Shown: one piece after another, positions 12,780 through 23,975 of the stretch
How the letters are laid out: each line of letters starts with the position of its first letter
How positions within the stretch are numbered: the stretch's first letter is position 1
NCBI RefSeq assembly: GCF_036321535.1
Contig: NC_087436.1
Coordinates: 67,644,001-67,708,000 of the forward strand
Direction of reading: 5' to 3'
Source of the DNA: Camelus dromedarius
Taxonomy: Eukaryota
Length of the DNA: 64,000 nucleotides
The notes under the pieces: model-generated
Told to the model about the DNA's origin: nothing
What the model saw: the letters and a program-made list of their open reading frames with translations, nothing else
The model's database searches: none
Made by a program: the position numbers and the translations under genes

Positions 12780-15355
12780 GAGACACTGCCTTGTCCAAAT
12801 TTTTTAAATGGTTTAAGGTCATTGAACCATTGAAAGGTCATTGAGCATTAAACTATAATCAGATCCAATTCAGTAAAATGAACCCATCAATATAACAGTA
12901 TGACAAATATACAAATTCCAAAAATACACAAAAATTATAGTACATCATAACCCAGAAGAGTTATTTCAGCAATACAGATTTGGATTAATAATTAATTTAT
13001 TATTAGTTAATAGAATAATTAAGGTATTTCACTATTTTGAAAGACTAAAAAAGAAAAAAAAACCCTTATGGTCATTTTCACAGATGCAGAACATGTTTGA
13101 TGAAATTCATACACATTATTATCATATATCTCACCAAACTAAGTATAGAAGTAAACTTTCTCAGTCTGATGAGGAAGATATAATAAATGCCTCCAGCTAA
13201 CAACATACCCCATGATAAAAAAAACTAGATGCTTTCTTCCTCATTTAAAATATTGTGTGTGTGCTTACCTTAAATATTACAATTAATATTATGCAGGAGA
13301 TCAAAGTCAGTGTAATACGGTAAGCAAGATAAAAAGCCTACCAACTGGAAAGCAAGATGCAATATTGACTTTACTTTTATGACACATGCTTACATTCATA
13401 ACAAAATTTAAAATCCACAAAAATAGCTATGGAACTAAAATCTGAGTAAAGTTACAGAATATAAGATCATTATATAAAAAGTCAATTGTATTTCAGTATG
13501 TTGGCAGTGAACAATTAGAAATTTAAAATATAATACTTATAATAGTATCAAAATAAAATAATGATTTGTAAAGGCCATATAAGGATATATCAAACATGTA
13601 TTCTACAAAACATCATGGAGAGAAGATAAGAAAGAGCTAAATACAAGAGGCGATACTATGTTCACGATCAGAAGAAACCATAAAAAAAGACAAATTCTTA
13701 TTTAAATTCTTATTAAACTGATCTATAAAGTCAACCAATCCCCATCAAAATCCAGTAAGGTTGTTACAAAAACTGACAAACTATTTCCAAAAGGATTTGG
13801 AAATGAAACATTATACAAAATAAACAATGGAATTTTTTAAAAGAAGAACAATTTGGAGGAGTAACACAACCTGATTCTAAGACATAGGACACAGCTACAG
13901 TAATCAAGTAAGTATTAGCATTAACATAAACCTGTTGATCAATAGAACAGAAGGGAGGGTCTAGAAATAGAACTACATGTATATAATCAATTAACTTTTG
14001 ACAAACATGCCAAAGTAATTCTGTAAATTATTAAGAAAGTTGGCTATTTCTATTGTAAAAGGGATCTAAATCTTTACCCTGTACATAAAAATTAACATGA
14101 AATTCATCATAGACTGAAAAAATAACTGCTTAAATTATAAATTTTATAGAAGAAATCATTAAAAAATTTTGTATTACCTTGGATTAGGTGAATAGTTCTT
14201 CATCCACAAAAAGCACAAACTAAAAAAAAAAAAAAAGATAAATTAGACTCCATCAAAATTGTAAATTTTTTCTCTTCAAAAATACTCTTAAGAAAATAAA
14301 AATAGAAGAGACAAACTTGTAGGAAATATGTGGGAAACATTTATTGCATAAAAGATTTTCATCCAAAATATGTTAAGAAATTTATAACTCAAAAAATTAG
14401 AAAATGGACAATCCAATTTAAATACATGCAAAAGACTTAAACAGATCCTTTATCAGAGAAGCACTTTTAAAAGATGTTCATGATCATTCATCGTTATGAA
14501 AATGCAAATTAAAATGCCAGAGAGATACCACTGTATGCCCACTGGAATGACTAAAATTAGTAAGGCTGGGGATATCAAGTGTTGGCAAAGTTGTGGAGTG
14601 AAAGGAACTCTTAAATACTACTGATGGAAATGCCAAGTAGTATAGCTACTTTGAAAAACAGTTTGGCAGATTTTTTATAAAGTTAACATACTCATAATCC
14701 AACAATTCCAACCCTACATATTTAATCATAAGAAATGAAAACATACACTTATTCAAAGACTTGTAAAATTAAGAGCAAATTATTCATTGTAACTCAAACC
14801 TGAAAACAACCCAAATGTCTATCAGCGGGTAGATGGATAAACAAAATGTGGTAATATTTGTACAATGAAATACTACTCAGAAATGAAAAAGAACAAACCA
14901 GTAATAGATTAAAAAATATGGGTGAATTTCAAGAACATTAGGCTAAGTGAAAAAAATCAGACCCAAAAGGCTATGTATTGTGATTCCTTTTTTATCTATC
15001 CCTCCCACAGCCCTTTCCTTCCCCCAATTTGTTTTCTATGTCCATGAGTCTATTTCTGGTTTGTATATAAAATTTGTGTCTTTTTTTGGTATGATTCCTT
15101 TTATATGACAGTCTGGGAAAGGCAAAACTATAGTGACAGAAAGCAGATCAGTGATTGCCAGAGGCAGGGGGTAGTGGGAGAGGACTGACTGCAAAAAGGT
15201 ACAAAGGACCTATTTTGGGGTATGAAAACATTCTATGTCATAATTGTGGTGATGGGCACACTACTAAAAAGAATTGTAGGAATTCATCAAACTGTACAAT
15301 TAAAATGGGTGAATTTTATTAAATCTAAATTACAACATAATAAAACAGCTAAAAC
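12780..15355 (+). mobile_element. Old 5'-truncated L1 (L1MC/L1MD-like), RT region to 3'UTR
   Basis: cagatgcagaacatgtttgatgaaattca (DAEKAFDKIQ-like) near 13081; atgcaaattaaaatgccagagagataccac near 14502; 3'UTR gactgactgcaaaaaggtacaaaggacc ending in aataaaa plus A-rich tail. Confidence 0.85.
14992..15091 (-). mobile_element. 100-bp internal fragment of a younger L1 3'UTR inserted into the old L1
   Basis: Aligns by eye to 31358-31452; flanked by an exact 11-bp direct repeat tgattcctttt (14981-14991, 15092-15102). Confidence 0.75.
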
Positions 15356-15386
15356 AAAAATTCACAGTGATAGAAAACAATATATA

Positions 15387-15485
15387 GGAGAGGGTAATAG
15401 CTCAGTGGTAGAGTGTTAGCATACACAAGGTTCTGAGTTCAATCCCCAAGTACCTCCATTAAAAAATGAAAGAAAGAAACAACAA
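15387..15485 (+). mobile_element. Short tRNA-derived SINE (camelid Vic-type)
   Basis: Pol III A box tagctcagtgg (15398-15408), B box gttcaatcc (15437-15445), then gtacctcca and an A-rich tail; anticodon arm shortened, so a SINE rather than a tRNA gene. Confidence 0.85.
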
Positions 15486-15919
15486 TAGGTAATACTATCC
15501 CCTTGCAAAGCAGAAAGCACATAATCTCCAAAGAACGCATTTTACTTTAAATAGAGTTTCATTAAACACTCACTGTATTTTTTTTAAATAACGTTTTACA
15601 AGAACCACTAAAAGCTTGTTCACCAATATGTTTCTGGGAAAATTGCACTAAAGTCTTTTTCCGTGAGTATCTTTTGAATATTGTGCTTCTCTCTGGCACT
15701 AGCTCTCTCCTGTGACCTTGGTGGCCAGCATTCTCTTTGGAACTCTGTAGCAGCCCGGGTCCTATTAATGCCGGTCTCCTCAAGTCAGTTCTTCTTAACA
15801 TTCTACAGACATGAACCAGATTCACACTAAGATACTGATAACTCTTAATAGACAAATGTGTCTCCAAGGGTTATATACATTCACAAATTTTATATTAAGT
15901 TATGTTTATATAATACATT

Positions 15920-16035
15920 AAGGTTTACAAAATACTTTCATCAGAATTATCTCATTTGATCCTCAGAGCCCTGTGAAATAAATAGCAGGCAGTATCATTA
16001 TCTTCACTTTACAAATGACACGGCAGAGACTCATA
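15920..16035 (-). mobile_element. MIR SINE fragment
   Basis: attatctcatttgatcctca...cattatcttcactttacaaatga resembles the antisense MIR core. Confidence 0.7.
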
Positions 16036-17079
16036 AAGTACTGGAAGACACTTTGTGCTATGGAAATATTGTAGTTTACCTGAACTGATAATATTCCAGT
16101 GACTGTCTGGGGCCCTTGTTGAGAAGAGATATTTAGGGGCAACCTGTCAAATGGCTTTAAATCCCATTTTGTGGACAAACATGCATATTCTCTTCTTATA
16201 TTTAAGCTAGCCTTATTCTCTTATAATTAAGCCAGCCTAAGTATTAGATACATATTACTTGATGGTCTTTACGTCAAAAGTCTTACTTGCAATATTATTA
16301 AAAGTCTTACAGATAAATAATATATTTGTATTCACAAATTATTAGGCTATGTATGATTTTTCCCATTTCTCATACACTCACTAAAACAACAGCAAGAACT
16401 CATGTACCATCTGTAAGCTTTAGTAGTTTAGAGAGTTTCCTGATATCTTTCAAGTCATCAGACTATGCTAATTTTATGACTGTGTTAATTTCCTAAGTGA
16501 CAGACATTATGAAAGTGCTGAACAGAATAGATCGTGATTAGGACAACAATGATTTTAAAGGAAAAAAGGTTAGCAGCTGCATTGAAGAGCAAAATGCAAG
16601 TGGAGAGAGTGATGCCAAAAGTGATACAGCCTCTGACATGAGGATGGATCATCTAGTGGCGGGGCGACACAACGGAAAGCAGGGTGTTCCGAGCCACACC
16701 CTCCACTGACCTTTGTTATTACCACTCTGAAGAAGGTAATGCCACTTTAGTGCTCAGTTATAAAAATCAAGTAGTTTATCTGACTACAGTACCAGCTTAT
16801 GCTTGTATCATTCTACAAACTCTAGAGTCATCCTCCTCCTCCTGAGACTCAACACCCCCTAAGGCAATGTTTAGATTTCACTCAGTTTGTAAATATGCAA
16901 AACAGGTTTTAAAAGATTCCTTCTCAATAACCTCTAGCACTTTTTTTTTTTTTTTTTTTGTTCTTGTTATTTCCTACACACAACATATAACGTGGTCCCT
17001 GTTTTACTGGACTGATGTTCAAATAGTCAAAGAAAGCAATTCTGTCCAGCCTTTGTTCATCTTTATCATATATTGCCAG

Positions 17080-17505
17080 AGGTTAATTGACTGTTGGTAA
17101 TGAAATCCAATGACCTTCTCTTTAAACTTATTCTTCTATGGTTGCCCCTACAGTTATTTGATCACTATTGCCTTTGATTCTTGAAACTCTCTCTGCCTTT
17201 GACCTCCAGGACAAAATTACCTCCCAGACCTTCTCTTGCCTCTTAGAAAGCTGCTGCCTCTGAAGCTTCTGTCTTTTTCAGCTCCCCAAATAAAGTTAAA
17301 CTCAGTGAGTCTCTTGCTCTTCTTTTATATTTTGTTCTCACCTCTTATTGTATATGCTACCTTGGAAGTATTTTTTCTTTCTAAAAGCATTGATTATACA
17401 TGTTTTATAGATATTTTATAATATGTATCAATAGCCCAGTCATATTTTAAAAATTCCATTCATACATTTCACCTATAGCTTGCTATATGTCTCAACAAAT
17501 GTGTA

Positions 17506-17548
<43 letters not shown>

Positions 17549-18130
17549 TTCCAAATTTATAAAAGTAACATATCAAAATAGAATATATTACTTTTCTTCT
17601 CATACCCATTGGTAAAATACTTCAAATTCCTAGTCATCCTGGCTCAAAACTTTAATTGGTTCCTCTCTTTACTTGCTACATTCAGTGACTTGATATGTTC
17701 TGTCAACCTGATTTTCTGAATATGTTTCAGTTGTACCATCAATCCATTCTTAAAGTAGCTACTCTCTCTTCATTATGTAAAAACTTCTCTAATTTGTTCA
17801 GTGTTCCTAAAATAATCTCCCTAAAGCACAAATCTTATTTTGTCACTTTATTTCATACATTCAATACTCAAATCTATTGCTTATTGGGTTCAGAATAAAG
17901 CACACATTCTATGCTATGGTCACAGCCTATGATTTTTTTTTGCCATTTGCTTACATACGCCTTTTGCTATAATTAAACTTCACTATCCACAATCTCCTTG
18001 AATATTTTCTACTTCCCAACTTCTCCAACTTCTTTATGGTTCTCCTTTTTTGTTTTCCAGAAAACTCTCCATTTCCTTTCCCTCCTTTACATGCCAAATC
18101 GTGCTTCTCCCTCACAAATGCTGCCTTCAC
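17080..18130 (+). mobile_element. Decayed L2 (RT region to 3' part)
   Basis: aaatccaatgacc...ttcttgaaactctctctgcctttgacctccaggaca; pyrimidine-rich L2 sense character. Confidence 0.6.
17500..17546. repeat. (TG)n-(TA)n compound microsatellite
   Basis: TG units followed by an uninterrupted TA run at 17514-17546. Confidence 0.95.
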
Positions 18131-18365
18131 ATGAATGCCTTTTTATATTGTCCTTGGGTGGAAGTAATCTCTTTGAATGCTAAAATCCTAAAACATTTTA
18201 TCAATGGAATCTCTTTCAGTGTGGTTGCCAATTTTTAATGCTTATATAAAACTCTTCTACCAGTCAAAGGATAGTTCATCTTTCAGTTAATTTTAGGAGA
18301 ACATAGTCATTTTTCAACTATGTAAAAAATCTGCTGTATCTCAATAGATATTTTATGCCCTTAGC

Positions 18366-18459
18366 AAAAAAGAGAAAAAAAAGGGGAAGGAAAAAGAAAG
18401 AAAAAGGAAAGAAAAGGAAAGAGAAAAGAAAAGAAGGAGGAAAAGAAAGAAAAAAAAAG
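18366..18459. repeat. Polypurine (GAAAA/GAAA-like) low-complexity tract
   Basis: About 94 nt of only A and G on the + strand. Confidence 0.9.
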
Positions 18460-18605
18460 TCACTCCCTTGTCAAATCATTTAAAGCAGCTGCTTTGAGAA
18501 GCATCTATATTTCTTCTGTGATAAGTTTTCAGTCTTCTGTTATTATGAATATCTGCTCCCTATTGAGATAGAATAAACAAGCAAGTATAACAACTGGTTT
18601 AGCTC

Positions 18606-19265
18606 TGTTAGAACGGGTGGACAGCTAGATATGAGTAGAGAAAGAGGGGTATGTGCCATGTGGCAGGAAACCATACATCTTGTAAAGAGTGGGGGGTCCT
18701 TGGACAGACAAAGGAAAGCAAGAATCACTAGACTGACAGGAAACCACACATTTTGTGGTGACAAGGGTCCTAGAGGCAGACAAAGAAACATGGGAAAAGG
18801 TGGGAATGTTTGCCATCTGAATGAAACCTTTTGCTCATTATGTCCTCATTACGAAATTAACCTTGCAGATAAGAAGTATCCATCATGCACTAACACCATG
18901 ACACTTCCAATTAAGACTAAATGAGGACAAAAATCCCTCCTCCCCTCAGGAAGGTGGAGCTGGGATAAAAATCAGGAAATATGACCTAAAACTCCTCCCT
19001 CCTCAATGAATATTCTGCCCTTTCATTTCTACACCCCATATAACCAGTTTCCCAAAGAAACCTGGGCAGCTTACTCACCTGAGTCTGCCTACTCTCCCCT
19101 TGAGAGTATACTGTTGCTTAACAAATCCTCACGTTGCCTTCTAGACCTTCATGTCTCCTCTCTGAATTCTTTCTGCCATGAGACAAGAACCTATTGTCTA
19201 GTAGGTTCCTTGCCTAGGAGGGAGGACAGAACACAGGCGCTGCCTTGGCTTTCCTATGTGAACCT
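18606..19265 (+). mobile_element. ERV1-type solo LTR
   Basis: Starts tgttagaac; ~73-bp internal direct repeat; TATA-like catataa at 19037; U5-like ctgaattctttctgccatgagacaagaacc. 3' end and TSD not resolved. Confidence 0.75.
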
Positions 19266-19889
19266 TCTTGATGCCCTTTTAGAGTGCCAAGGACATGAAG
19301 AAATAAAGATGTCACTAGATAATGCACTTTGAAAAATTGTGGAATGTATGACATTGTTTTGATAAATAATCGGAAAAGGAAAAAACAAAATCAAAAAACC
19401 AAAGAATACATGGAGGAGAAAGTAGTGGTAAAAGCCAGCATCATTTTTCTGACAGTTTTGGAAAGAATTCTAATGTGAATCTGCAAGATCACAAGGTTGA
19501 AAAGGGAAGTGACACAGATCCATGTGAATAATTGAGGGAAAGCTAAAAAGAGAATGTTTTCATCTTTGCTCTGCAGTTTTCACATCCCATACATGCAAAA
19601 AACTGGCAACTGTGATGTTTTCCTTTCAATAAACTTGAAATAATTCAGAGGCTACATTTTAAAAAAGATTTTATAATTAAGGAATGAAAAGGATTTTTAG
19701 GTATTACAAAGAGAGCACAAGCTTCCTATCTTATTAGGGCTCTATCAAAGGCTATTTGAAATTCCAGAAAAATAAAAATCTGCCCTAGAAAACCCATTTA
19801 CACTGTGTAGTAGATGCTTTTACTTTAATTAGCTAAACCTTACTTATAAAAACACTGCCGCAGTACATACATTTTTCTTTTTCTTAAAA

Positions 19890-20480
19890 GAGGAAAGTGC
19901 AAAAAATACAAAGGAAAAAGAACATTTGGAAATTAAAATTGAGAACACATTTCAGAAAGTTGATGTAAAAGCAAGAAAAGTAAAGAAAGCCAGAGGATTA
20001 ATCTAAGCAGCCCAACATTTTAATAATAGGAATTCCTCAAAGAGAAAACAAATAAAATTGTGGGAGAGAAAATACCCAAGAAGTTCAACATTAGTCCACA
20101 GAACTGGGAAAAATATGTTTTCAAGATTAACAGTATCTGCTAAGTGCTCAGTTTAATGAATTAAAAAGTCTCTTGCTGAGACAGACTATGATGCAATTTT
20201 GCAGCCCTGAGGATATAAAGAAAAGATTCTAAAGTCTTCCAGAGGAGGAAAAAAACCATTTCAGCAAAATATTGAGAATCAGGTGGCATCAGACTCCTGA
20301 ACTGCAATACTAACGGCTATCGGAGAGCAAAGCACTGGAATACTGACTGCCAAGAGGTAATTTTGAAGAAACAACTCTAAGCCTGGTCAAAAAGTACAGC
20401 CCCAAGGTAAAATAATTACAGATCTACTATGAAAGGTCTTAATACTTTAACCAATCATACACCCATTATTAAAAAGGTAA
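19890..20480 (+). mobile_element. HAL1 / ancient L1 ORF1-like fragment
   Basis: cccaacattttaataataggaattcct (NI.IIGIP), aaagattctaaagtcttccagag (KILK.SR) and gagaatcaggtggcatcagact are ORF1-type motifs with no ORF2 following. Confidence 0.7.
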
Positions 20481-20519
20481 AACTATATCCATGTTTCAGA
20501 AAGTACAATCACATAGAAG

Positions 20520-21020
20520 ATTGTGGCAGAATATTAGCGAAGCTAAAACAACCATTATATTAGGTTCATAGATTTTGGGAGCCATTAATTTGAACAAGGT
20601 ACAGTGAGGGTGCCTTGTCTCTGATCTATGCAATCAGGGGCCTTAGCTAGGAAGACCTGATAAGTTGGAGGGTGTTATTATTTAGAAGAGTTTCATGCAC
20701 ATGCTTAATGCTGGCTTTCACCTGAGATAACCAGAAGAGCTATTGCAAGAATACCCACACAGGGCCTTTCGGTGCAGCCTGGGCTTCCTCACAGCATGAT
20801 AACTAGGTTACAAGAGCAAATGTACCAAAGGAACCAGAAGATCATGGTAGTGCCTTTTCTGAACGAGGTTTGGAACTTGTACAGTGTCAATTCTGCTGTA
20901 ATCAAAAGCCTGCCCAGATTCAAGGGGAGGAAACATCTATGCTGTTTATTGATAGTGGGAATGACCAATAATATGAAAGTGGATGTTTTTCTGTGAAATT
21001 TTGGAAATGTTCCTTTACAA
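20520..21020 (-). mobile_element. MaLR LTR (MLT1F/H-like)
   Basis: gcctgggcttcctcacagcatg and agcctgcccagattcaaggggagg are typical old-MLT1 antisense motifs. Confidence 0.75.
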
Positions 21021-21289
21021 AGTTATTGGGCAAACGTCTTTATGTCATTTTTTCTTCTTCAAGCCCAGAAGTGAATATGGTGGTTATAGTAATAACAGTT
21101 ATTTTAGACCATGAGGCAACTTGAAGATGCATGTGACATCTGCATTTAACAACAACAGAAATGTAAATACCTAGTATGCGCAAAATACTATTCTTGTCAC
21201 TAAAGAGACCTAGAGAATTGAGGAAAGGATTGACATGAGATGTGTATAATCTGGAAATACCTAGACATACATGTATAAATGTAAATAAT

Positions 21290-22660
21290 TTTATTAGCCT
21301 GTGTGTTGAGAATAAACTGTAGGATGCAAACAAATTGTGGAAGGAGTAAAAACAGTAGGGAACTTGTAGGTGATGATGATGATGTTTTTGAATTGGAGTT
21401 GGTAGTTGTAGAGGTAGCAAGTAGTGGTATAATTCTGTATATAATTTTGAAAGCAAAGCAAAGAGGATTTTCCAAAAAAAAAGAATGTGGAAGTGAGAAA
21501 GCATAGAAAGAATTAAGGATTACTTCAATATTTTTTTTATTTAAGCAACTAGGAATAACAGGGTTGCCATATTCTGTGATGGAGAAAATTGCCAGAATAG
21601 CTTTCAGAAGGGAAATTTTCGAACAAGTTTTATATCCAACCTCTTAAATTTGAAATGTTTATTAGAGTTTTACAAGAGATAACAAATTTGTACTTGGGCA
21701 TATTAATCAGGGTTTCACAGGTGGAGTTATAAATAAGGAATTCATCAATTACAAGGGTTATTTAAATATTATAAATAGAATAAATTATTAAGGGAGTTAA
21801 TGTGATCTAATGTAAATAGAGAAGAGAGGATTCCAGTACCTCCATTTAAATAAATAAATAAATAAACAAACCTAATTACCTCCCCATCCAAAAAGAAAAA
21901 GAAAAAAAAAAAAATAGAGACATTTACAAAAGTAGTTCCAATGAAGTGATAAGGGCAAAAGCTTGATTAGGAAACAAGTATAGAAAAACATTTCAAGAGT
22001 TTTGCTGTGAAAAGTAACAGAAAAAGGTGATGTCATGAGGATTTTTCTATAATGGGTAATTATAAACTGTTTATATGTTAATAGGAAAGAGTCAATAGAA
22101 AAATAAAAAGTAATTATGTAGGAGATAATGCAACTGTTAGCACGATATACATAAGTGTGTTAGAAATGATGGGATTAATATAAAAAGAAAGGGTTCAGCC
22201 TTAAGAGCATGAAAAGTTCATGTTTAGTAACAGGAGGGAGGCAGGGTGTGTGGTTAGGTAGGAATGTTGGTGAGCCAGGTGGTAGTATATGTTGTGGAAC
22301 TTCTCTTTGATTCTTATAATTCAAAGAAATAAAAAGTAAGGTCATTAACTGAGAGTGAGGGAGGAGCAGAGAGCAGGGGATGAATGAGAACAGGAAATGC
22401 AGTTTGCATTATTTAGGAGAATGAACGAGTGCATGGAACAGCAAAATATGGTAGAATGGGCGCAGCATGACACTCCAACTTGTTTCATGGTCATGATTTT
22501 TAAGTTAGAAAAGTCAGAGTGAGTGCTCCTCCAACCTTGTACAGTAGCACGGGTGATGTCAAAGAGTTGAATTTAAATAGAACTGGAGGTCTGTGTGTGA
22601 ATGGGACAGAGTGAGGAGAACGACAGTGAGTGGAACACTGCGGGTGGTATGGTAGATGGG
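21290..22660 (-). mobile_element. L2, interrupted by a SINE fragment
   Basis: gagaataaactgtagg, ggtagttgtagaggtag, tttgaaatgtttattaga, aaggtcattaactgagagtgaggg resemble antisense L2. Confidence 0.7.
21830..21915 (+). mobile_element. 3' fragment of the tRNA-derived SINE
   Basis: ccagtacctccattt followed by (aaat)n, cctaattacctcccc and an A tail; shares gtacctccatt with the SINE at 15387. Confidence 0.7.
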
Positions 22661-23260
22661 GTTGGCCAGTTTTTATCAGCTTCCTTCACGGAGCCCTCTG
22701 ATATTGATGGAGCCGAAAAGTTAAAACCTGCATTTCCCAGATGCCCTTGGATCTCAGTTCCAGATGCAAAATTGGATCTAGAGTAAATCTATTCCTGAGA
22801 GAGACAGAAGCTCTCTTCCTGCTACTTTTGTCTTTTTGTTGTTGTTGTTTTTGTTTTTTTGTTTTGTTTTGTCTTTTCTTCTACCAAGTAAGGTTGTAGA
22901 GTTCGGGAATTTTCAGCAGCAACAGTTAGTGCTGGGAGGAAATTTCAGCAGAGACAGTGGCCAACTTGCGTGTTAATGCATCCATTTAACAAATTTGTAT
23001 GTGCGTTCAGAGACATTTGGAATAGCAGAAAGGTTTCCTGATCACAGACACCTAAACTTTTGTTCACAACTACAGATCACAGTTTATGGTCTTGAACTAC
23101 ATGGTTCAATATTGCCTCCTAATTCCCTTCTCTCTTGATGGTGAAAGAGTTTGTAGCTCTGTAGTTGATCAGTCACTTGTGACTTTCTAGGACATACCCC
23201 TAGAGAATGTCCCTGGACACTTACAGTGATCTTATATACCAGCTGTCCAGAACAGTCCTG
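22660..23260 (+). mobile_element. Old ERVL-type LTR (LTR16/LTR33-like)
   Basis: aaaacctgcatttcccagatgcccttg resembles the recalled LTR16/33 motif; heavily decayed and contains a (TTG/TTTTG)n tract at ~22830-22873. Confidence 0.45.
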
Positions 23261-23589
23261 GACTGCTGACTACTGTCTATTGCACTTCATTTTACTCTCC
23301 AAAGTGTTCTGATAAAAATGATAAAATGTAGTCACTGTAACCCTTTTGAAGCCCAGCCTAGAGAATGTGAATAATGTTTTAATAAGTGCTACAAGTTAAG
23401 AATTCAAAGATCCATTTTAGATATGAATGCTTCAGTAAATGTAAGATTGAAACCATTTTTCCTAAATTTTATAGGTCTTCCCATTGAATTTAATTTGTAA
23501 ATCTTGAGTAAAAAAGATAACAAATTTATGTTCCATATAATTTCATGATGTAGAAGATAATATTGGCAATTGTTTGCCTACATAGCACA

Positions 23590-23975
23590 CTGAAATCCTA
23601 TTGTACATATAGAGATTACTTCATTTAGCAATCTTAGTGGAATATAGAAATACTATCAGAAGCCAGATAGATTTTCTAGCCTCTAGTTGCTAGAAAGAAC
23701 CAGGCTCCGCTAATCGGCTGCATCTACCAAAGATCTCTGAAACTTAGGTGAGCCAAGTAAAGAAAAAAAATAACTCATGAAATCCATTCTAGGAGAATGG
23801 TAGCTCCTTCAAAGATTTCCAGAAGCATTGGTGACATTCTGTTGGATTAGACTAGCTTTGGGGGTTTATTTTTAGCTCTATTACACATAAGTTTGTTTAT
23901 CTGTCCATTTTAGAGATATTTAAAATGTTTCCATTAGCTTAGTCAGAATTGGTTTTTGTTTCAGCAATAATGATA
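23590..23975 (+). mobile_element. Old ERVL-type LTR (LTR33-like)
   Basis: ttttctagcctctagttgctag and 3' agcttagtcagaattggtttttgtttcagcaa resemble LTR33/LTR16 ends. Confidence 0.4.

Noticed and set aside
15387..15460. tRNA gene
   Set aside because: A and B boxes are present but the anticodon arm is truncated and an A-rich SINE tail follows.
18366..18459. Polypurine tract as a functional triplex element
   Set aside because: Ordinary low-complexity A/G repeat with no supporting context.
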